From: Mobula hypostoma
Lineage: Eukaryota
DNA length: 64,000 nt
Reading direction: 5' to 3'
Assembly: GCF_963921235.1 (NCBI RefSeq)
Contig: NC_086108.1
Location: forward strand, 18,042,001 to 18,106,000
Position 1 is the first letter of the stretch. Each line of letters opens with the position of its first letter. Of the stretch, positions 11,353 to 24,210 are shown piece by piece. The position numbers were made by a program, and so were the translations under genes. The notes below the pieces were generated by a model. It saw only the letters and a list, made by a program, of their open reading frames with translations. It ran no database searches and was not told the DNA's origin.

Positions 11353-12608
11353 GTTAGTATCTGTGCTAACTGTTGCTCCGTGAAATAAACTGAACTGGCT
11401 GGCCACAGTGAAAGCACTGATTTCTTTTGATACCACCGAAATGTCTCTGACATCACAGCAACTCCTTGACATCATAAAGCACCTCAAAGCTCAGGTACTA
11501 AGTGCTGCAGGGCTCCCAGTAGTATAGTCTTCAGGAAATTATTCCAGAAACTTTTACTCATTTGTTGCTAAATAAAGTGGTGATGTAAAATGCCTCAGAG
11601 CATACTGATGCTACACGTGCATACATCATCATAATGAAAATTATCCAAGTTTTATCTGCTCTCTTCCTTTCGCGAATAAAAATAAAGTTTTTCAACTAAT
11701 TTTGTGTTTATGTATATACTGCATAGGGTCCCAATAGTGGATTCATTTGCAGCTTTATGTGTGCTCCTAAAATTCCTCATTGCTTCAATGCAGAAAGTGA
11801 GAGGTTCAAGTGGAGAGAAGATAAGTAGGACAAATTTGATCTCTCTCTCAACAGTCTGGCACAGTTCTAGTAAAGGAATTGGCCCAGTTTTGTTTAATAT
11901 TGCTCCTTGCTCCTCTCCTGTTTATTCAATGGGCAATCAATGCATCTGTGAAAAGAGTGCTGAGTGGAATTTGTTACGGCCTGAATACAGAAAATGTCTG
12001 CCACTACTGGACTTTCCATGTAAAGGAGACAGTCACAGACCAAAGATGCTGTAAATCTAAAACAAAAACTACAGAGAAATCCTCAGCAAGTTTGGTCTCA
12101 TGTGTGGAAAGAAAAATAGATTTCATGCTTCAGCTCATTTGCTTTTCACCAAAATGAAGAAGACATTTATTTGTAATGCCTATTATCAATGGTTTTGTTG
12201 TGGGAAAGAATAAGGCCAGGTGTGGTCTTTAGGTAAAGCAATGTTAAATGCTGAATACAGAAGTGAAGCGTGACTGCATAGGCGCGAGACGTCAGCCAAT
12301 AGAGCGCAAAAGGTTTAAAAAGGCAAGGAATCTTCAATAGTTTTTGATTCGGAGCAAGAAGGTTGTAAGTGAACGGCTGATTTTTCAGAGCGAATGGAGT
12401 TTTTTACTACTCGGGGTAAAAGAGAGGCGAGACTGCACAGGCATGTGACGTCAGCCAGTAGAGCGCAAAAGGTTTAAAAAGACCACCATATCTAGCGGGT
12501 AGCGGAGTGGGAGGCAGTAGAGTGATAGGGCTTTGGCTCAATGGGCTTAGGCAGTAACAGGACGAGTCCAGGAAGGTCGACCTGTGTTATTTGTGGAAAG
12601 GAGGAAGC

Positions 12609-13560
12609 ATGTGTGTGAGGCCAGTTTTCTGTGCTCGGTGTCAGATGTGGGAGGTCCTGGGGTCTCCCAGCCTCCTGGATGGCCATATCTGCACCAGGTG
12701 TGTTGAGCTGCAGCTCCTAAGGGACCGAGTTAGGAAACTGGAGATGCAGCTCGATGACCTTCGCCTGGTCAGGGAGAGCGAGGAGGTGATAGAAAGGAGT
12801 TATAAACAGGTGGTCACACCAGAGACATGGGAGACAGACAAGTGGGTCACAGTCAGGAGGGGGAAGGGGAAGAGTCAGGTACTAGAGGGTACTCCTGTGG
12901 CTGTACCTCTTGACAATAAGCACTCCTGTTTAAGTACTGTTGGGGGGGACAGCCTACCTGGGGAAAGCAACAGTAGCTGTGCCTCTGCACAGAGTCTGGC
13001 CCTGTGGCTCAGAAGGGTAGGGAAAGGAAGAGGATGGCAGCTGTGATAGGGGACTTTATAGTTAGGAGGTCAGACAGGTGATTCTGTGGACGCAGGAAAG
13101 AAACTCAGATGGTAGTTTGCCTCCCAGGTGCCAGGGTCCAGGATGTTTCAGATCGCGTCCAAGATATCCTGCAGTGGGAGGGAGAACAGCCAGAGATCGT
13201 GGTACATTATTGGTACAATGACATAGGTAGGGAAAGGGAAAAAAAACCTGAAAAAAAACTACAGGAAGTTAGGAAAGAAGTTGAGAAGCAGGACCACAAA
13301 GGTAGTAATCTCAGGATTACTGCCTGTGCCACATGACAGTGAGAATAGGAATAGAATCAGGTGGAGGATAAATGCGTGGCAGAGGGATTAGAGCAAAGGG
13401 CAGGGACTCAGTTTTCTGGATCATTGGGACCTCTTTTGAGGCAGGTGTGATCTGTACAAAAAGGACGGGTTGCACTTGAATCCCGGGGGACCAATATCCT
13501 GGCGGTGAAGTTTGCTAAGGCTACTGGGGAGAGTTTAAACTAGAACTGTTGGGGGGTGGG
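12609..13560 (+). pseudogene. CR1 ORF1 (zf/lz + esterase), disrupted
   Basis: CARCQMWE...HICTRCVELQLLRDRVRKLEMQLDDL; VVCLPGARVQDV; frameshifts and stops. Confidence 0.85.
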
Positions 13561-13644
13561 AACTGAACTGAAGAGACTGGGGAAGAGGAGGTCAGTTTAC
13601 AAATAGAGAAAGCTTGTAGACAGTGCGAGAGGGAGGATAGGCAG

Positions 13645-16395
13645 GTGATAGAGAAGGGATGCGCTCAGATCGAAGGTTTGAGATGTGTCTATTTTAATGC
13701 AGGGAGTGCTGTGAACAAAGCAAATGAGTTTAGAGCGTGGATCAGTACTTGGAGATATGATGTGGTGGCTATTACAGAGACTTGGATGGCTCAGGGACAG
13801 GAATGTTTACTTCAAATGCTGGGTTTTAGATGTTTCAGAAAGGACAGGGAGGGAGGCAAAAGAGGTGGGGGTGTGGCACTGTTGATCAGAGATAGTGTCA
13901 TGGCTGCAGAAAAGGTGGACGCCATGGAGGGATTGTCTACAGAGTCTCTATGGGTGGAGGTTAGGAACAGGAAGGGGTCAATAATTTTACTGGATGTATT
14001 TTATAGGTCGCCCAATAGTAACAGGGATATCGAGGAGCAAATAGGGAAACAGATCCTGGAAAGGTGTAATAATAACAAAGTTGTCATGATGGGAGATTTT
14101 AATTTCCCAAGTATCGATTGGCATCTCTCTAGAGCAAGGGGTTTAGATGGGGTAGAGTTTGTTAGGTATGTTCAGGAAAGTTTCTTGACACAATATGTAG
14201 ATAAGCCTACAAGAGGAGAGGCTGTACTTGATTTGGTATTGGGAAATGAACCTAGTCAGGTGTCAGATCTCCAAGTGGGACAGCATTTTGGAGATAGTGA
14301 TCATAATTCTATCTCCTTTACAATAGCATTGGAGAGAGATAGGAACAGAGTAGTTAGAAAAGCATTTAATTGGTATAAGGGGAATTATGAGGCTATCAGA
14401 CAGGAAATTGGAGGCTTAAATTGGAAACAGATGTTCTCAGGGAAAAGTACGGAAGAAATGTGGCAAATATTCAGGGGATATTTGTGTGGAGTTCTGCATA
14501 GGTAATGAGACAGGGACGTTTACAGGAACCGTGGTGTACAAAGCCTGTAATAAATCTAGTCAAGAAGAAAAGAAAAGCTTACAAAAGGTTCCGAGAGCTA
14601 GGTAATGTAAGAGATCCAGAAGATTAAAAGGCTACTAGGAAGGAGCTTAAGAAGGAAATTAGGAGAGCCAGAAGGGGCTATGAGAAGGTCTTGGCAGGCA
14701 GGATTAAGGGAAATCCCAAGGCATTCTATAAATATGTGAAGAGCAAGAGGATAAGACGTGAAAGAATAGGACCTATCAAGTGTGACAGTGGGAAAGTGTG
14801 TATGGAAACGGAGGAAATAGCAGAGGTACTTAATGAATACTTTACTTCAGTATTCACTATGGAAAAGGATCTTGGTGATTGTAGTGATGACTTGCAGCAG
14901 ACTGAAAAGCTTGAGCACGTAGATGTTAAGAAAAAGGATGTGCTGGAGCTTTTGGAAAGCATCAAGTTGGATAAGTCGCCGGGACCGGATGAGATGTACC
15001 CCAAGCTACTGTGGGAGGCGAGAGAGGAGATTGCTGAGCCTCTGACAATGATCATTGCATCATCAATGGGGACAGGAGAGTTTCCAGAGGATTGGTGGGT
15101 TGCGAGTGTTGTTCCTTTATTCAAGAAAGGGAGTAGAGATAGCCCAGGAAATTATAGACCAGTGAGTCTATAATCTGATGGAGAAGATCCTGAGACGCAG
15201 GAGTTATGAACATTTGGAGAGGTATAATATGATTAGGAGTAGTCCGCATGGCTTTGTCAAGGGCAGGTCATGCCTTACGAGCCTGATTGAATTTTTTGGG
15301 GATGTAACTAAACACATTGATGAAGGAAGAGCAGTAGATGTAGTGTATATGGATTTCAGCAAGGCATTTGTTAAGGTACCCCATTCAAGGCTTATTGAGA
15401 AAGTAAGGAGGCATGGGATCCAAGGGGACATTGCTTTGTGGATCCAGAACTGGCTTGCCCACAGAAGGCGAAGAGTGGTTGTAGACAGGTCATATTCCGC
15501 ATGGAGGTCAGTCACCAGTGGAGTGCCTCAGGGATCTGTTCTGGGACCCTTACTCTTCGTGATTTTTATAAATGACCTGGATGAGGAAGTGGAGGGATGG
15601 GTTAGTAAGTTTGCTGATGACAGAAAGGTTGGAGGCGTTGTGGATAGTGTGGAGGGCTGTCAGAGGTTACAGTGGGACATTAATAGGATGCAAAACTGGA
15701 CTGAGAAGTGGCAGATGGAGTTCAACCCAGATAAGTGTGAAGTGGTTCATTTTGGTCGGTCAAATATGATGCCAGAATGTAGTATTAATGGTAAGACTCT
15801 TGGCAGTATGGAGGATCAGAGGGATCTTGGGGTCCGAGTCCTTAGGACACTCAAAGCAGCTGTGCAGGTTGTCTCTGTGGTTAAGAAGGCGTACGGTGTA
15901 TTGGCCTTCATCAATCGTGAAATTGAATTTAGGAGTCAAGAGGTAATCTTGCAGCTGTGTAGGACCCTTGTCAGACCACACTTGGAGTACTGTGCTCAAT
16001 TCTGGTTGCCTCACTACAGGAAGGATGTGGACGTCATAGAAAGGGTGAAGGATGTTGCCTGGATTAGGGAGCATGCCTTCTGAGAATAGGTTGAGTGAAC
16101 TCGGCCTTTTTTCCTTGGAGTGACAGAGGATGAGAGGTGACCTGATAGGGGTGTATAAGATGATGAGAGACATTGATCGTGTGGATAATAAGAGACTTTT
16201 TCCCCAGGGCTGAAATGGTTGCCACAAGGGGACACAGGTTTAAGGTGCTGGGGTTGAGGTACAGAGGAGATGTCAGGGGTAAATTTTTTTACTCAGAGTG
16301 GTGAGTGCGTGGAATGGGCTGCCGGCAACGGTGGTGGAGGTGAATACGATAGGGTCTTTTAAGAGACTTTTAGACAGGTACATGGAGCTTAGTAA
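13645..16395 (+). pseudogene. CR1 ORF2 (APE endonuclease + reverse transcriptase), disrupted
   Basis: VVAITETW, MGDFNFP, GDSDHN; PGNYRPVSL, YMDFSKAF, SGVPQGSVLGP, KFADD. Split into ORFs 13645-14505, 14691-15173 and 15178-16083. Confidence 0.93.
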
Positions 16396-16436
16396 AACAG
16401 TAAAACAAAGCCTAGTAATTTCTAAGGTAGGAACAT

Positions 16437-17837
16437 ATTTTTTTTTGATCGGGACAAACAGAGCAGCGTGGGAGCTGAATTTTGAAGGAATGTAGTTTTT
16501 TTAAAAACTTCTTCGAGTGCAAAAAGGACGAGACTGCGCAGGCACGTGACGTAGACAGGACAGCACGGAGAGTTTAAAAAGGAGACCACCCTATCCAGCG
16601 GGCAGCTGAGTGAGTGGCAGCAGTGTGTAGGGCTTTGGCTTCAATGGGCTTCGGCGGTAACGGGAAAAGGCGAGAGCGAGGCACCAACTCTTTTTCTTTT
16701 CCCCCTTGGTGAATCGGCCCGGACAGACAGGAACAGCAGGGCTCACACAGCTAATGGTACAAGCTAACGGTTTAAAAAGTTCGTCTGTTTGGCGAGGTAA
16801 GTGGGTGAGTAGACTTACTTTTCCTATTTCATTCCTGTAGAATTTGATAGCATGCCTGCAGGGTTAGTGCTTTGTTCAGGGTGTCAGATGTAGGAATCCT
16901 GGGAGACCTCCAGCCTCCCTGATGGCCACATCTGCGCCAGGTGCACCGAGATGCAGCTCCTCAGAGACCGTGTTAGGGATCTGGAGCTTCAGCTTGATGA
17001 CCTACTGCTTATTAGGGAAAGTGAAGAGGTGATAGACAGGAGCTACAGGGAGGTAGTCATCCCTAGGCTACAGGGGCCAGAAAACTGGGTGACTGTTAGG
17101 AGAGGGAAGGAAAATGCTCGGATAATGGAGAGCACCCCAGTGGCTGTCCCCCTCAGCAACAAGCATCTTGTTCTGGATGCTGTTGAGGGGGATGACCTGA
17201 CAGGGGACAGCCATGGTGACCAGGTCTCTGGCACTGAGCCTGGCGCTGTTGTGCAGGAGGGAAGGAGGGAGAAGAGGAATGCGGTAGTCATAGGGGATTC
17301 CATAGTCAGGGGAACTGACAAGAGATTCTGTGAGCCGGATAGAGATACCCGCATGGTGTGTTGCCTCCCAGTTGCTAGGGTACAGGATGTCTCAGATTGT
17401 GTCCAGAATATTCTGAAGGGAGAGGGTGAGCAGCCAGTTGTCTTGGTACATGTTGGTACCAATGACATAGATAGGACAAAGGAGGGGGTCCTGAAGAGAG
17501 ATTTCCAGGAGAAACAGGATCTCCAGGGTAGTAATCTCCAGGTTGTTACCTGTGCCATGTGCTAGTGAGGGCAAGAACAGTAGGATCAGGCAGATGAATG
17601 CATGGCTGAGAGACTGGTGCAGGGGGCAGGGCTTCAGATTCCTGGATCATTGGGATCTCTTCTAGGGGAAGTATGACATGTTCAAAAAGGACAGGTTACA
17701 CCTGAACCCAAAGGGGACCAATATCCTGGCAGGAAAGTTTAATAGAGCTGTTAGGGAGGGTTTAAACTAATTTGGCAGGGGGATGGGAACTGGAACGACA
17801 GAGTGGAGGAAGGGGAAAACAGAAATAAATCTAAGAT
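16437..17837 (+). mobile_element. CR1 5' portion (5' UTR + ORF1), 3'-truncated
   Basis: ORF 16951-17565 has LLRDRVRDLELQLDDL, VVIGDSIVRG and VHVGTNDI (SGNH esterase). Confidence 0.9.
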
Positions 17838-18272
17838 ACACATCAAAGTTGCTGGTGAACGCAGCAGGCCAGGCAGCATCTCTAGGAAGAGGTACAGTCA
17901 ACATTTTGAGCAGAGACCCTTCATCAGGACTAACTGAAGGAAGAGCTAGTAAGAGATTCGAAAGTGGGAGGGGGAGGGGAAGATCCAAAATGATAGGAGA
18001 AGACAGGAGGGGGAGGGATGGAGCCAAGAGCTGGACAGGTGATTGGTAAAAGGGATATGAGAGGATCATGGGACAGGAGGCCCAGGGAGAAGGAAAAGGG
18101 GGAGGGGGAAAAATCCAGAGGATGGGCAAGGGGTATAGTCAGAGGGATAGAGAGAGAAAAAAATAGAGAGAGAGAAAGAATGTGTGTATATATAAATAAT
18201 GGATGGGGTACAAGGAGGAGGTGGGGCATTAGCAGAAGTTAGAGAAGTCGATGTTTATGCCATCAGGTTGGA
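17838..18272 (-). mobile_element. Penelope 3' terminus fragment
   Basis: Reverse complement of 10410-10845, with a decayed hammerhead at 17897-17935. Confidence 0.9.
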
Positions 18273-18874
18273 GCCTCCAAGCCCAGGCAACAGCAAGACA
18301 GCCTAGCTTACCTGGGCAGAGGCAAGGGACAGGAAGGGAGCCAGGCACAGGGTAGCTCCAGGACAAGACTGCAGGCAAGACAAGGCAAGGCTAGGCCTCC
18401 GGCAAAGCAAGGCAGGACGAGAACTCCAGGCAAGGCAAGAGTTACCAGCAAGACAAGGCAGGGCTCCAGGCAAGGAAACAGAAGGCAGAGCAAAGGATAC
18501 AAGGAGTAAGGACAAGAACAATCCAGCAGCCATGTCTCTCTCTCTCTCTCTGTATCTTGTTTTACGGCAGTTGGCATCCAGCTTAATGGTGCATTACCAC
18601 CACCCTCTGCTCCAGAATGTGCACTAGACATACATTCTAAATCCCTTCACCCAATCTCGCTCACGCACGCACACATATATACAAACCTACACTTCACCCT
18701 CCCATCTTTGACCATCCTAGTATCCTATTCCTGTTTATTCATCATATTCTATAAAAAAAACCCTGTACCCCTTAAAAACACTAAAAATACCCAGACTTGT
18801 GCTCTCTCACCCATGCCCAGCAACCCTTTTAATGTAAATTCCTCTCTCTCTCTATCTATCTCTCTATCTCTATC

Positions 18875-18940
<66 letters not shown>

Positions 18941-19129
18941 CCATACTTCCTACAACAAGCAGCCATGGCCTCGTGTCTGGAGGTATTTATGTAGCCAACC
19001 CCAACTAGCATCAGCTGGCTCAATTAGAGCTCAACAAGACAGAAACAGGGTAGATAGGAAACCCTGGAGCAAGGGTCGATGGATCTGACCGTGAACCGGA
19101 ATATGGACTTCATGGACCGGACTATGACA
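18273..19129 (-). mobile_element. LTR-like remnant with (GGCAA)n-rich tract
   Basis: Minus strand begins TGTCATAGTCCGG at 19129 and has an ATAAATA box near 18985. Degenerate 5-bp repeats span 18275-18520. No internal genes seen. Confidence 0.45.
18535..18957 (-). mobile_element. 5'-truncated copy of the I/Nimb LINE
   Basis: Reverse complement of 29545-29920; 10-bp TSD AGCAGCCATG at 18525-18534 and 18958-18967; internal (TC)n/(TATC)n tract at 18842-18940. Confidence 0.9.
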
Positions 19130-19947
19130 AGGGCATGGTTCTCAGCCAACAGTCAGGCTGTGCAGAAGCAACAGACTCCTCACCCTGAGGATCTTGTACA
19201 GTTAACATACTGTGTCCCATGTCTGAAACCTATGGATGGGCAGCCCAGCTTGACCATGCCCATATCACAGTCTACTGACCACCTCTTCTTCCATGGTTCC
19301 CGGGATCAAACCGCACTGCTTACAATCACATTCAGAGGAGGAGGGCTGCAGATGGCAAGGTGTTTGAGGAGATGCACACCATACCATTCTTAACTGTGTT
19401 TAATCCCAGCACAAGATCCTTTGTGGTCCAGACTGACAGAGTGGAAAAGGTCAGTAAGCTTGTAGAGGGCAAAGTGTTATTTGTTTCCAGTTACGGACTG
19501 CAGAAGGCATCCCATACTTCCATTGCCTGTCCACTATCCACATAACCTTCCTCACCTTCAGAATTCCACAAAACCTCTGTGCAACCAACCAGACCTGGTG
19601 GGATCTTCAAGGCAATGATGTCATAGATACTTGTCTTGACTAAAAGAATAAATAATATTGGACTGTAGGTTCAGTATTGTTGAAAAATTTGAAAAGTGAT
19701 GGGCAGAACCATTCATCACTCTGAATTCTTGCCACTACAAACTGCATCAACATAATTATTAATTTGAATAGATATTGACCTTTCATTGGTTTTATTATTG
19801 GACAATAGTATGATTCATTCATCTAATTTTTGCCCAAAAAAAGTCATCTATTTCCAGCTATTTTCAGTGGATTTTTTTCTCCAGTAAAATATTTGGGTTC
19901 TATCACTTCCCATAGATTCACACACCAAAGAAAAAGAGCCTTTAGCG

Positions 19948-21443
19948 CAGTGGTCCCCAACCACTGGGCCGTGGACCGGTACTGGGCCGCAAAGCATGTT
20001 CATACTGTCATTCACCTACACATCCCAGGCTCTGTGTCCAGTGGACAATTAACCCGCCAGCCTGATTATCTTTGGGATGTGAGAGGAAACTGGATCACAC
20101 AAGGGAAACCTATGGAGTGAATTCAGGATACTAGACCTATGAAGCAGTGAAACAATATGATTTGGCGATATGAGTCAGCTGAACCTTTCCTCATTCCCTG
20201 TCACGCCCACTGTCGAACTTGAACACACGCGAGGTCATTACATACGCGTCATCCATGTCAACGCGGGATGAAGAGCAATTCCTTGAGCTTGGAAATGAGG
20301 GCGGGCTGAAAAGTATGCTTGACATAATATCTCTGCCGACATTCCGAATCAAAGTCAAGGCTAAATATCCTGAGATAGCCACGAAAGCACTGAAAATGTT
20401 GCTTCCTTTTCCAACATATCTCTGCGAAGCGGGTTTTTCTGCAATGAATGCAACGAAAACTAAATTGTGGAATAGACTGGACATAAGGAACCCCCTTCGA
20501 GTATCGCTGTCTCCCATCACCCCTCGATGGGACCGTCTTGTTGCAGGGAAACAAACCCAGGGCTCCCACTGATTCAGCGATATTGGTGTGTTGCAATGAT
20601 TTTACATGTTCATACAGGGAAGATATGTGCTATGTGTTTAATATCCAAACATTATTTAAAATGTTATGATGCTATTGACTTATAAGTGACTTATCACTAC
20701 ATTCATGTGAGGAAAATATGCGCTATGTGTTTAATATTAAATTTGTTAGATAAACCCTTTTAGAAACGAAATTGAGTGTATTAGCCACTTGTAAGTGACT
20801 TATAGTTGACTTATCACCCATATTCTGGTCGTGATTAACACCCCCCCCCCCCCGCCAGGGTTGCCAACTGTCCCGTATTAGCCGGGACATCCTGTATATT
20901 GGGCTAAATTGGCTTGTTCCATACGGGACTGCCCTTGTCCCGTATTTCCCCCACTAAGGTAAAGTGTTCCTATGAAACTTTTCGTGCTGAAATGGCATAA
21001 AGTGAAGAAGCAATTACCATTAATTTATATGGGAAAAATTGCTGAGCGTTCCCAGATCCAAAAAATAACCTATCTAATCATACCATATAACACATAAAAC
21101 CTGAAATAACACGAACATATAGTAAAAGCAGGAATGATATGATATATACACCGCCTATATAAAGTAGAAATAATGTACGTACAGTTTACTTTCACTGAAC
21201 AGAATCGCCAAAAACGATTTGTAGCAAAAATTTGGCACATAAACGCATGCGCACACAGGTGCCCGTGCAAGGCTTCATGGTCATGGTTGTCTTTCTTGGG
21301 GTAAGCACAAGTGTCCCATACTTGACTGCTACTCTTGTCCGTTGGCAACCCAACCACCCCACCCCGCAACCCGGTCGGCCGGTCCGCAAAAATATTGTCA
21401 ATATTAAACAGATCCGCGGTGCAAAAAATGTTGGGGACCCCTG
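19948..21443 (+). mobile_element. Non-autonomous hAT (Buster/Charlie-type) element with a transposase C-terminal remnant
   Basis: TIRs CAGTGGTCCCCAAC / GTTGGGGACCCCTG; perfect 8-bp TSD CTTTAGCG (19940-19947, 21444-21451) with central TA. 20255-20572 encodes YPEIATKALKMLLPFPTYLCEAGFS...KQTQGSH (hAT dimerisation region). Confidence 0.93.
20858..21351. mobile_element. Nested MITE with GGGTTGCCAAC terminal inverted repeats (possibly PIF/Harbinger-derived)
   Basis: GGGTTGCCAAC at 20858 and GTTGGCAACCC ending at 21351, with subterminal GTCCCG repeats. No clean TSD. Confidence 0.65.
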
Positions 21444-21451
21444 CTTTAGCG

Positions 21452-21682
21452 CACTGACTGTCAACTGTACATATACACTAATCCTACATTAATTCCATTT
21501 TATTCTCCCCCCATTCCCATCAGCACTTCACACATACTGTCATTCACCTACACATCCCAGGCTCTGTGTCCAGTGGACAATTAACCCGCCAGCCTGATTA
21601 TCTTTGGGATGTGAGAGGAAACTGGATCACACAAGGGAAACCTATGGAGTGAATTCAGGATACTAGACCTATGAAGCAGTGA
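21452..21682 (-). mobile_element. Decayed V-domain tRNA SINE (tail portion at 19910-19947, split by the hAT element)
   Basis: TTTGGGATGTGAGAGGAAACTGGATCAC resembles the reverse complement of the V-SINE core at 63500-63540. Confidence 0.6.
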
Positions 21683-23384
21683 TTATACGACTACTGAACA
21701 GACCTCATCTACCAATATAATAGACCCTTGACCTCACAGTGTATTCATTATCGTCTTGCCACTTATTTTATGCCTGCACTGCACTTTTTCTATAACTGTA
21801 ATAAAATATTTTGTGTTCTGTTAGTACTTTTCATTTGTACAATGATGGATTGTTGTGATAAAAAGATCTGTATGGATCTGTATCTCAGTACATGTAACAA
21901 TAATGAATAAATTTACCTCTACTAGTTACACCACTGTGTATTCATCTCAATATTTATTTACTAAAATAATTCAACTGTTTCACTATTATTTAGTAGATAG
22001 GAACATAGGTCAATAAAATCACTCTCTGTTGGAATAATGATCAATTGTATTTTTTGCCATTGGGCATTTTTTCACAGTAGAATCATTCATTGACTCAAGA
22101 ATTGGTTAAAAGTATCATTGATTAATGCTGTGATTTATTGATGGCATCATTCATCACTTTGACTGTTCTCCAGGAGAATCATTAACCTGATCTAATTCAT
22201 TCATCGACCGGATAGGTTTATATCTTGAACCAATTATTGAACAGTTGAATGTTATAAGTCAGGAAAATCATTAATGAACTAGTTTAACATTCAGTGAATT
22301 AATTGATCCAAAATTGGATACAGTATTAGATTAATTTATTGACCTGATCGTTAGGTATTGATTGACGATACAATCATGTATTTTCATGCTTATTGCTATC
22401 TTTGTTAATTCACTGGTGTACATATCAGACAATAAAATTGTATTTCAATATGGTTATTGATCAATGATTACATTGATTAAATGATATAGCTGCACCGTTG
22501 TTGAGTTAATAAAGGTGTCTGCATTTATAGTGTTAAGACCAGAATTCAAGTTCCAACTATAGCAATTTAAATTCACTTAGTTACATAAATTCACTTAGTT
22601 AGATACATTTATTTTATGCAATGAGTAATTATAATGGTGATAATGACACTGTCAATTTTTCATGTTAATCCTGCCTTGTCGTTTATGAAGGAGATAATTC
22701 TTTTTACCACTCTGGCCTATATGTGGCTCTAAATACACGGAAAGGTGATTGACTCTTAATTGCCCTCTTAGTTGACAGATGGGCAAAGAGTTTTGGCTTA
22801 GGCATGAAAGGTTAAAGAGAAGCATTCATCAGTCTGATTCTTGTTCAGTAATGGAAAAGTGAAATATCACAGGTGCTGAAATCAGAAATAAAAACCAGAG
22901 ATTGCTGGGAAATACCAACAAGTCAAGGAGGGTCTGCAGAGTGAAACAGAGTTAATGTTTCAGGTTGATAACCTTTCATTGGAAGGGAGTTATTAATTCT
23001 GTTTTCCTCTCCACAGCTGACAGCTGATGTGCTGACCTTTCCCAGTTCATGTTTTACAATCAATCAGGAATCTGATCTTTGGCCACACTGGTATTGGATA
23101 ATGAAGTAATTTATTGATATTCTAGTTGATCAATGGACTAATTCTCGTATATTCCCTGTTCAGTGAAATTTGTGATCAAACAAATAATTAACCCTAAGAA
23201 TTCACCATTTATCATGGAGCTCAGTTATTCAATGTTCTGCAAATAGAATCATTCATCATTTGGTCAACAGGAGTATTTATTGATCATAATTCTGATCAAT
23301 AAAATCAATGATAAATCTGATTATTGTTCAACAGAGAATAAAGTAATAAGTAATCCTGATAATTGCTCAGTTGGAATAAATCAT

Positions 23385-24210
23385 TCTGAAGAGTGCAGGG
23401 AAGTGGGCTTGGGAATGGCAACTGGATTTCAATACAGATAGGTGTGAGATCTTGCCTTTTGGAAAATCAAACCAGTATACAAATTGTATGATGAATGGTG
23501 GGGCAGTAGGAGGTATAATGGAATAGAGCAACCTAAAAGTACAAGTGCATAGTTAATTGGAAGCAGCGTTGCAGACAGACAGTGTGATGGAAAAGGCGTT
23601 TAGCATGATGGTTTTTATCAGTTGGGGTACTGAGTTCAGGAGTTGGGACATTATGTTACAGTTAAACAGCTTTGAGAGAGGCTGCTCTTGGAGTACTGTC
23701 TACAGTTTTGGTTGACCTGTGGTTAAACTGGTAAGAATGCAGAAAAGATTAGAAGAATATTGCCTGGATTAAAGGGCCAAGTTATAGAGAGAGGTTAGCC
23801 AGGCTAGGTCTTTATTCCTTGGAACATGAGACAATGAGGGACTACCTTATAGAAGTGTTTAATATTATGAAAGGTATAGATATAGATGACTCTCTTTCCT
23901 CCAGAATAGGGTGAGACCTAAGCTGGGGGGCTAAGTTCAGAGTGAGAGGGGACAGATTTGGAAAGGACTTGAGGAGCAACTTCTTCATGTAGATGGTGGT
24001 GAATTTATAAAAGTATAGTATGTTAAACTGCCAGAGAATGTGTTTAAAGCAGGTACAATAGTATCATTTAAACACTTAGGTGAGTATATGGAGGGGCGAA
24101 GCTTGGAGGGATAGTGGCTGACTGCAGGACATTGGGATTAACTAGGTGGACCACATGGTGGTTATGGTTTGGTTGGGTCTGTATCAATATAGTATTGCTC
24201 CATTACTCTG
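23385..24210 (+). mobile_element. Old CR1 3' fragment
   Basis: Collinear with 32420-33250 (AAGTGGGC...TTCAATACAGATAGGTGTGAG...CTTTATTCCTTGGAAC). Confidence 0.8.

Larger units (their letters stand above)
12240..16436 (+). mobile_element. Near-full-length CR1 LINE
   Basis: 5' UTR, ORF1 (zinc finger/leucine zipper + SGNH esterase) and ORF2 (APE + RT) are collinear. The 3' tail is cut by the next CR1. Confidence 0.95.

Noticed and set aside
14726..15515. Long antisense ORFs over CR1 ORF2 (and similar ones elsewhere)
   Set aside because: Shadow ORFs on the opposite strand of RT coding sequence.
18303..18631. Leu/Cys/Pro-rich minus-strand ORFs
   Set aside because: Translation of the (GGCAA)n tract in the LTR-like remnant.
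20219..20572. Domesticated ZBED5/SCAND3-like gene
   Set aside because: Only the C-terminal ~100 codons are present, enclosed by TIRs and a perfect TSD; this is a deletion derivative of a transposon.
22540..22800. Old Deu-domain-like SINE fragment
   Set aside because: There is some resemblance, but it is too decayed to assign without a search.
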